A stretch of DNA of 61,624 bases, counting the filler, from Fonticula-like sp. SCN 57-25 (Eukaryota), in the NCBI GenBank assembly GCA_001724245.1. It is 9 parts of 9 records of this genome, joined end to end, with 100 filler letters (N's around TTAATTAATTAA, not from the genome) between each part and the next. Parts side by side here need not be neighbours in the genome. Positions count along the whole stretch, not along the records: positions 54,038 to 61,624 come from MEDX01000747.1; 8 more parts are not named here. The stretch is one strand, 5' to 3'. Below, in pieces: positions 57,501 to 61,624 of this stretch. The translations under genes were made by a program, and so were the position numbers. The notes under the pieces were generated by a model, which worked only from the letters and a program-made list of their open reading frames with translations, was not told where the DNA came from and searched no databases. The first letter of the stretch is position 1. Every line of letters starts with the position of its first letter.

Positions 57501-59856
57501 AGCGCAGGGATCTCGGGCGTCGCCGTCCAGGTAAAGTTGAACGTGGCGTTGGACGGCGCGCACGGCGCCAGCGTCACGAGCGGCGTCAGCTCCGTCTCCT
57601 CGGACGAGACGACACGCAGCGGCGACGGCGCAAAGATGACCACCGTCGGGATGCCCGCGGGCACAACCTCCACCGTAACTGAAGCAGGCTCGGAGGAAAC
57701 ACCAAGGTAGTTTGTCACGACGAGCGTGATGGTGTACGTCGTGATCTCGAGCGAGTCGGCCGGGAACGTGAACGACGACACGTTGCCCGCCTTGAGCGAC
57801 TCGAGCACCGCGAGCGCCGCGGCCGACGTCGGCTCGGGCGTGATCGTCCAGTTGTAGACAAGGTCGTGGCCACCGCCGCCAGTCGAAAAGGCGGCAGACA
57901 CCTCAAGCTCGGCGCACTGCGAGATCGCCTGCGGCGCCGTGATGACGGCCACCGGAAGCGGCGGGTTCAGCGGCGGGTCCACAAGCACCGGCGTGATCAG
58001 CGGGTCGCAGAACTCGCGGCCAAACTCGCGCAGCGTGTCATTCAAAAAGTAGAGATAGTCGCCGGGGCGCAGCGTCGAGTCGTGGCCCTAGCGGGTGAAC
58101 AGTCAGTCATGAACATCGCAACGATCAAGTGCGTACCAGAGAGATGGTGAGGAGGTCGCCGGCGGTAAAGACGCACGACGGGTTGGTGCCGAGCGTGTCG
58201 ATGGTCGCGGCCGTGAGTACCGCCTGGCACGTGGCGAGGCTGTCGGGGAGCGTGGTGACCGAGACTTGGTCGATGGCGAGCGACGCGTTAAAGGTGGCGC
58301 GGACGCCGTTGCCCTCGTCGAGGAAGCGCGCCGAGAGTGCGATGGGCGCATACTGGTAGTAGTGGACCTCGAGGAAGTTGGTGAAGGGCCCGCTGGTGCC
58401 GCTAAAGGAGAGCGACAGGTGCGCCTTTTGCGACACGGCGGTCTCGGGTACCGGGCAGACGACGGTCGTGTCGTTGTAGATGACGCCGGTCTCATAGCGC
58501 GTGACGTTCTCGCGCTGCATCTCGTAGCGACAGGTGACGCTCGTCTCGTTGCTGCCGTTGCTGATGGCCTCGAGCGTGGCGGTGCCGACAAAGTGCGTGC
58601 CGGGGACGATGATCTCCTGGCCAGCCGTGTCAATGTACACCTTGATGGTGTCGTTGCCGACGCCCGCGGTGCCGTTGTCGTAGACGAGGTAGTCGAGCGG
58701 GCCGAGGATCGTCCCGTCGATGCTCAGGAAAAAGTCCTTGATGCCGAGCGAGCTAAAGGCGTTCAGGTCGCACGACGCCTCACCGGGGTCGATGACGGAC
58801 GCGGGGACGGACGTGTTGAACATGTCCTCGACAATGCACTCGAGCGTGCGCGGCGTGCCGTCGGGGTGCTGGAAGCCCGCGCCAATAACGTGCACGTTAT
58901 AGTCGGTGACGTTGGGGCCAGAGTCCGGCACGATGCGGATAAAGGCAAAGCACGTCGTCTGGTTGCCGTCGCACACGCCGCACAGGTCGTACACCTTGCC
59001 AGAGTTGGGCACGCCGTCGCAGCCCTCGCAGGTCGAATTGTCGCCAAAGCAGATGCCGCACAGGTCGCGACCGGCGTTGGTCGGAAGGCCGGTCTCGCCG
59101 CCGACGCAAAGGCCGCACGAGTTGTTGCGCGCATTGCCAAAGCAGGTTCCGTGACAGTCAGCAGAGGGCGAGGGGCCGTCGGAGGGCGGGCCGCAAACGT
59201 CGCACTCGTCGCGCACGTAGGGGCGCTCGCGGCAAACGTCGTCGCAGCCGACCGTGCAGGCGGGGGTCGTCGTCTCGGGGCGCGTCGTCGTCGTCGCGGT
59301 GGCAGTGGCCGTCGCGCTTGACGTCAGAGTAGGGAGGACAATAGAGGCGCGCTGGAAGAGGCGAAGGTAGGGTGCCTCGGCGGACGCGTCGTCCGCACTA
59401 GCACCGCCGGCAACGTCGCCCTCCTCATCGTCGAGGATGCGCAGCAGAGCGGAGCTCGTGAAGCCCTTGGCGTGCAGATGGAGCAGCACGGTGCGCGAGC
59501 CATCGTTCCAAAAGTTATCAAAGAGACTCACCGGGACGGAGATGGCATCTTGGCCGGCTTCAAAGTGAAGCTCCGACTTTACGCCGCGATAGTCAAAACC
59601 GTCGACGGCGGTGCCCTCGGCCGTCGAAAAGACTACCGAGAGGCGATCGGAGAGCGCGCCACTGCGCCGCACCTCCACCAAGGCAGAGCCCGCATTCTCA
59701 TAAACTTCGTACGTTCGTTGCGAAAAGGAAACACCTAATCGATGAAAAAGGGTTAACATTTCGCAGGTAAGCACGACGCAAGCACGCACCATCCAAGGCG
59801 TGGGCCGTGAGCGCCAGCCATACTAGGCAGGCGATCGCCGCCGCCGTCCACCTCAT
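54542..59856 (-). CDS. Single-pass adhesion receptor: signal peptide, Calx-beta, Cys-rich repeats, IPT-like, REJ, GAIN/GPS, TM, PPxY tail
   Basis: Exons 59856-59790, 59734-58137 and 58087-54542 splice in frame. MRWTAAAIACLVWLALTAHA signal, GTAVDGFDY Calx-beta, DxCGxCxG repeats, GPS CAYLD..WSQEG..CLTTHLSDF, one TM. Confidence 0.85.
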
Positions 59857-60231
59857 GGCTAGCCGGTGGGTTCTGGGACAGTTTCACGATGAAGCAAACG
59901 ATCTCCTTTTCGACAATACCGCACACCAGCCGTGCGAAATTAGTCAACAGGGTGAGCATCGCGAAAGGACGGCGCCACGCATCGCCGCCCCTTGCCCGAA
60001 AGGGACGCACGCGTCATTGCCAGGGAGCGATGACAGAAACAGACAGTCAGCAAACAGTCAGCAATCAACTCTTTAACTCGCATGCGATTTTGGCACGTTT
60101 TTGACATGTCTTGACAGATGAGACCAGCCAATCAGCATCCAAGTCAACCCGTCAAAGTCTCCTTTTTTGCTTTCGTACTGAAACCTCCCCGGCACAAGTC
60201 GCTTTTCGTGTTGCACGCTCAAAGCCCTAAG

Positions 60232-61624
60232 ATGCCTGCTGCCGACACTACGGTCACCCACAAGGGTGCGTATTGCTCCATTTTATCTTTATCTAACGGC
60301 ATCCGCAGCGCTTCCCGCCGGCTGGTCGGTGCACGAGGATGAATCCGGCCGCATCTACTTTTCCCAGTACGCGCGCGTGGCGGTTGCGAAGTGTGCTATG
60401 ATTCTGACGATTAATCGCGCGCCTTAGGTCGTCCAGCCAGTCCACTGCGTGGCAGGACCCGCGCATCCCGCGCGCGCAGCTGACCGAGTTTGGTGCGCAA
60501 ATCCGCATGCGATTTTTCAGTGATGATCTTACCGCCCGCCAGACAATGTCAACGCGCCCGCCTACGTGAAGGCGGCTCTCTACCTTGTGCGCGATGGGGA
60601 CAACCACAGCTGTGCGTCAAGTTCATATTTATTTCCTCCTTTCTGCTTTTCTGACCTGATTACCTCTAGTCCGCTACCTTGATGCCACGCGCGTCAGCCT
60701 GCAGGTGCAGAAGCACCGCTCGCTCGAGGAGGGCGCCTTTATCTCCAAGGGCGACTTTTCGCGCCTTGTTGAGCAGATGGTCATTGACGCTGTCTCGCCC
60801 GGCGAGCGCTCTGCGATCGTCTTCCGCATCGTCGATCGCGTCTTTTCGCTGCTCGATCTGCCCTTCAAGGGCGAGGCCGAGTTCCGCGCGTCCCTGCTTG
60901 CGCTTGTTCTCCTGAGCGAGATCCCGCTCAAGGAGAAGGTCTCGCATGCTTTCAACATTGTCGACTCGCAGAACCGCGGCGAGCTCACCAGCAACCAGAT
61001 GCTCGTGCTGCTGATGCTCATCTCGCGCCTCGTTGAGAACCCGCTGTACCGCTACAAGATCGTGCCCGACAGCGCGACCGCGCAGGCGTACGTCCAGGAT
61101 ATGTACCACGTCACCCGCGCCGGCACGTTCAAGCTCGTTGACTTTATCCGCTTCGTCAACACGAACCCTCTGCCCCTTCGCCACCTGATCATGGCCGAGA
61201 AGATCCGCCTGTCGCGCGACGTGACGCACACTGACAAGGAGTGCAATGTCTGCCGCGCGCTCCCCATCAAGGGCATCCGCTACCGCGTCAAGGACGCCAA
61301 GGTCAAGCACTGCAACATCTGCCAGACGTGCTTCTGGGCCGGCCGCGAGTCCGCCGACTACAAGAAGGGCATGACCGTCATCGAGTACACCACCGCCAAC
61401 ACGTTCGGTAAGCGCGTCGCCAACAACGGCCTCCTCCTCGACGCCCCGCGCGTCCCGCGCTCTGGCAGCGCCGCCGTCGCCAACATTGGCAACTCGCTCA
61501 ACCTCTTCAAGTCGAACCAGGACTACCGCAAGACGGGCACGCTCCAGAAGCAGACTGGCACCCTCCAGAAGCAGACCGGCACGCCGTCCGGCACGCTCCA
61601 GAAGCAGCCCGTCGCGTCGGCGTC
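60232..61624 (+). CDS. Short dystrophin-family protein (WW, EF-hand region, ZZ), 3' truncated, 5 exons
   Basis: Spliced WW LPAGWSVHEDESGRIYF..TAWQDPR, then DNVNAPAY, LKEKVSHAF and ZZ CNVCRALPIKGIRYR..NICQTCFWAGR..IEY. Missed by the ORF track because of introns. Confidence 0.8.

Noticed and set aside
60666-61310. 214-aa minus-strand ORF and other long antisense ORFs in 42800-45200 and 54400-59300
   Set aside because: They are shadows of GC-rich coding genes on the opposite strand or frame, which carry the recognisable domains.

Overview
This is not one locus. It is nine unrelated contigs joined by 100-nt N linkers that carry TTAATTAATTAA, so adjacency across linkers carries no biological meaning. 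Eight contigs are eukaryotic, with short GT-AG introns and probably more than one protist or fungus-like source. They hold: a tandem array of three arrestin-domain genes (1-5050); PPR, B-box/ARM, ERI1-like exonuclease-CDK10/11 fusion and ABCB genes (5151-14799); ATE1, FAM210-like and receptor pseudokinase genes (14900-20129); NYN/LOTUS-like, PrcB_C-like and Rieske genes (20230-25317); a P-loop ATPase gene and a foldback element (34742-41797); a LEA-like gene and tRNA-Ser(CGA) (41898-47233); a DUF3505-like gene beside a ~170-bp palindrome-bearing satellite (47334-53937); and a REJ/GAIN single-pass receptor head-to-head with a short dystrophin-like WW-EF-ZZ gene (54038-61624). One contig (25418-34641) is bacterial. 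It is an integron cassette array with 22 attC sites and 21 cassettes, no integrase in view, and an IS3-like end interrupting the last attC. The best leads are the cassette array (a HEPN-like cassette and a repeated ORF-less cassette), the PPxY-tailed GAIN receptor/dystrophin-like pair, the exonuclease-CDK fusion and the palindromic satellite. All family assignments come from motif recognition by eye, with no database search.
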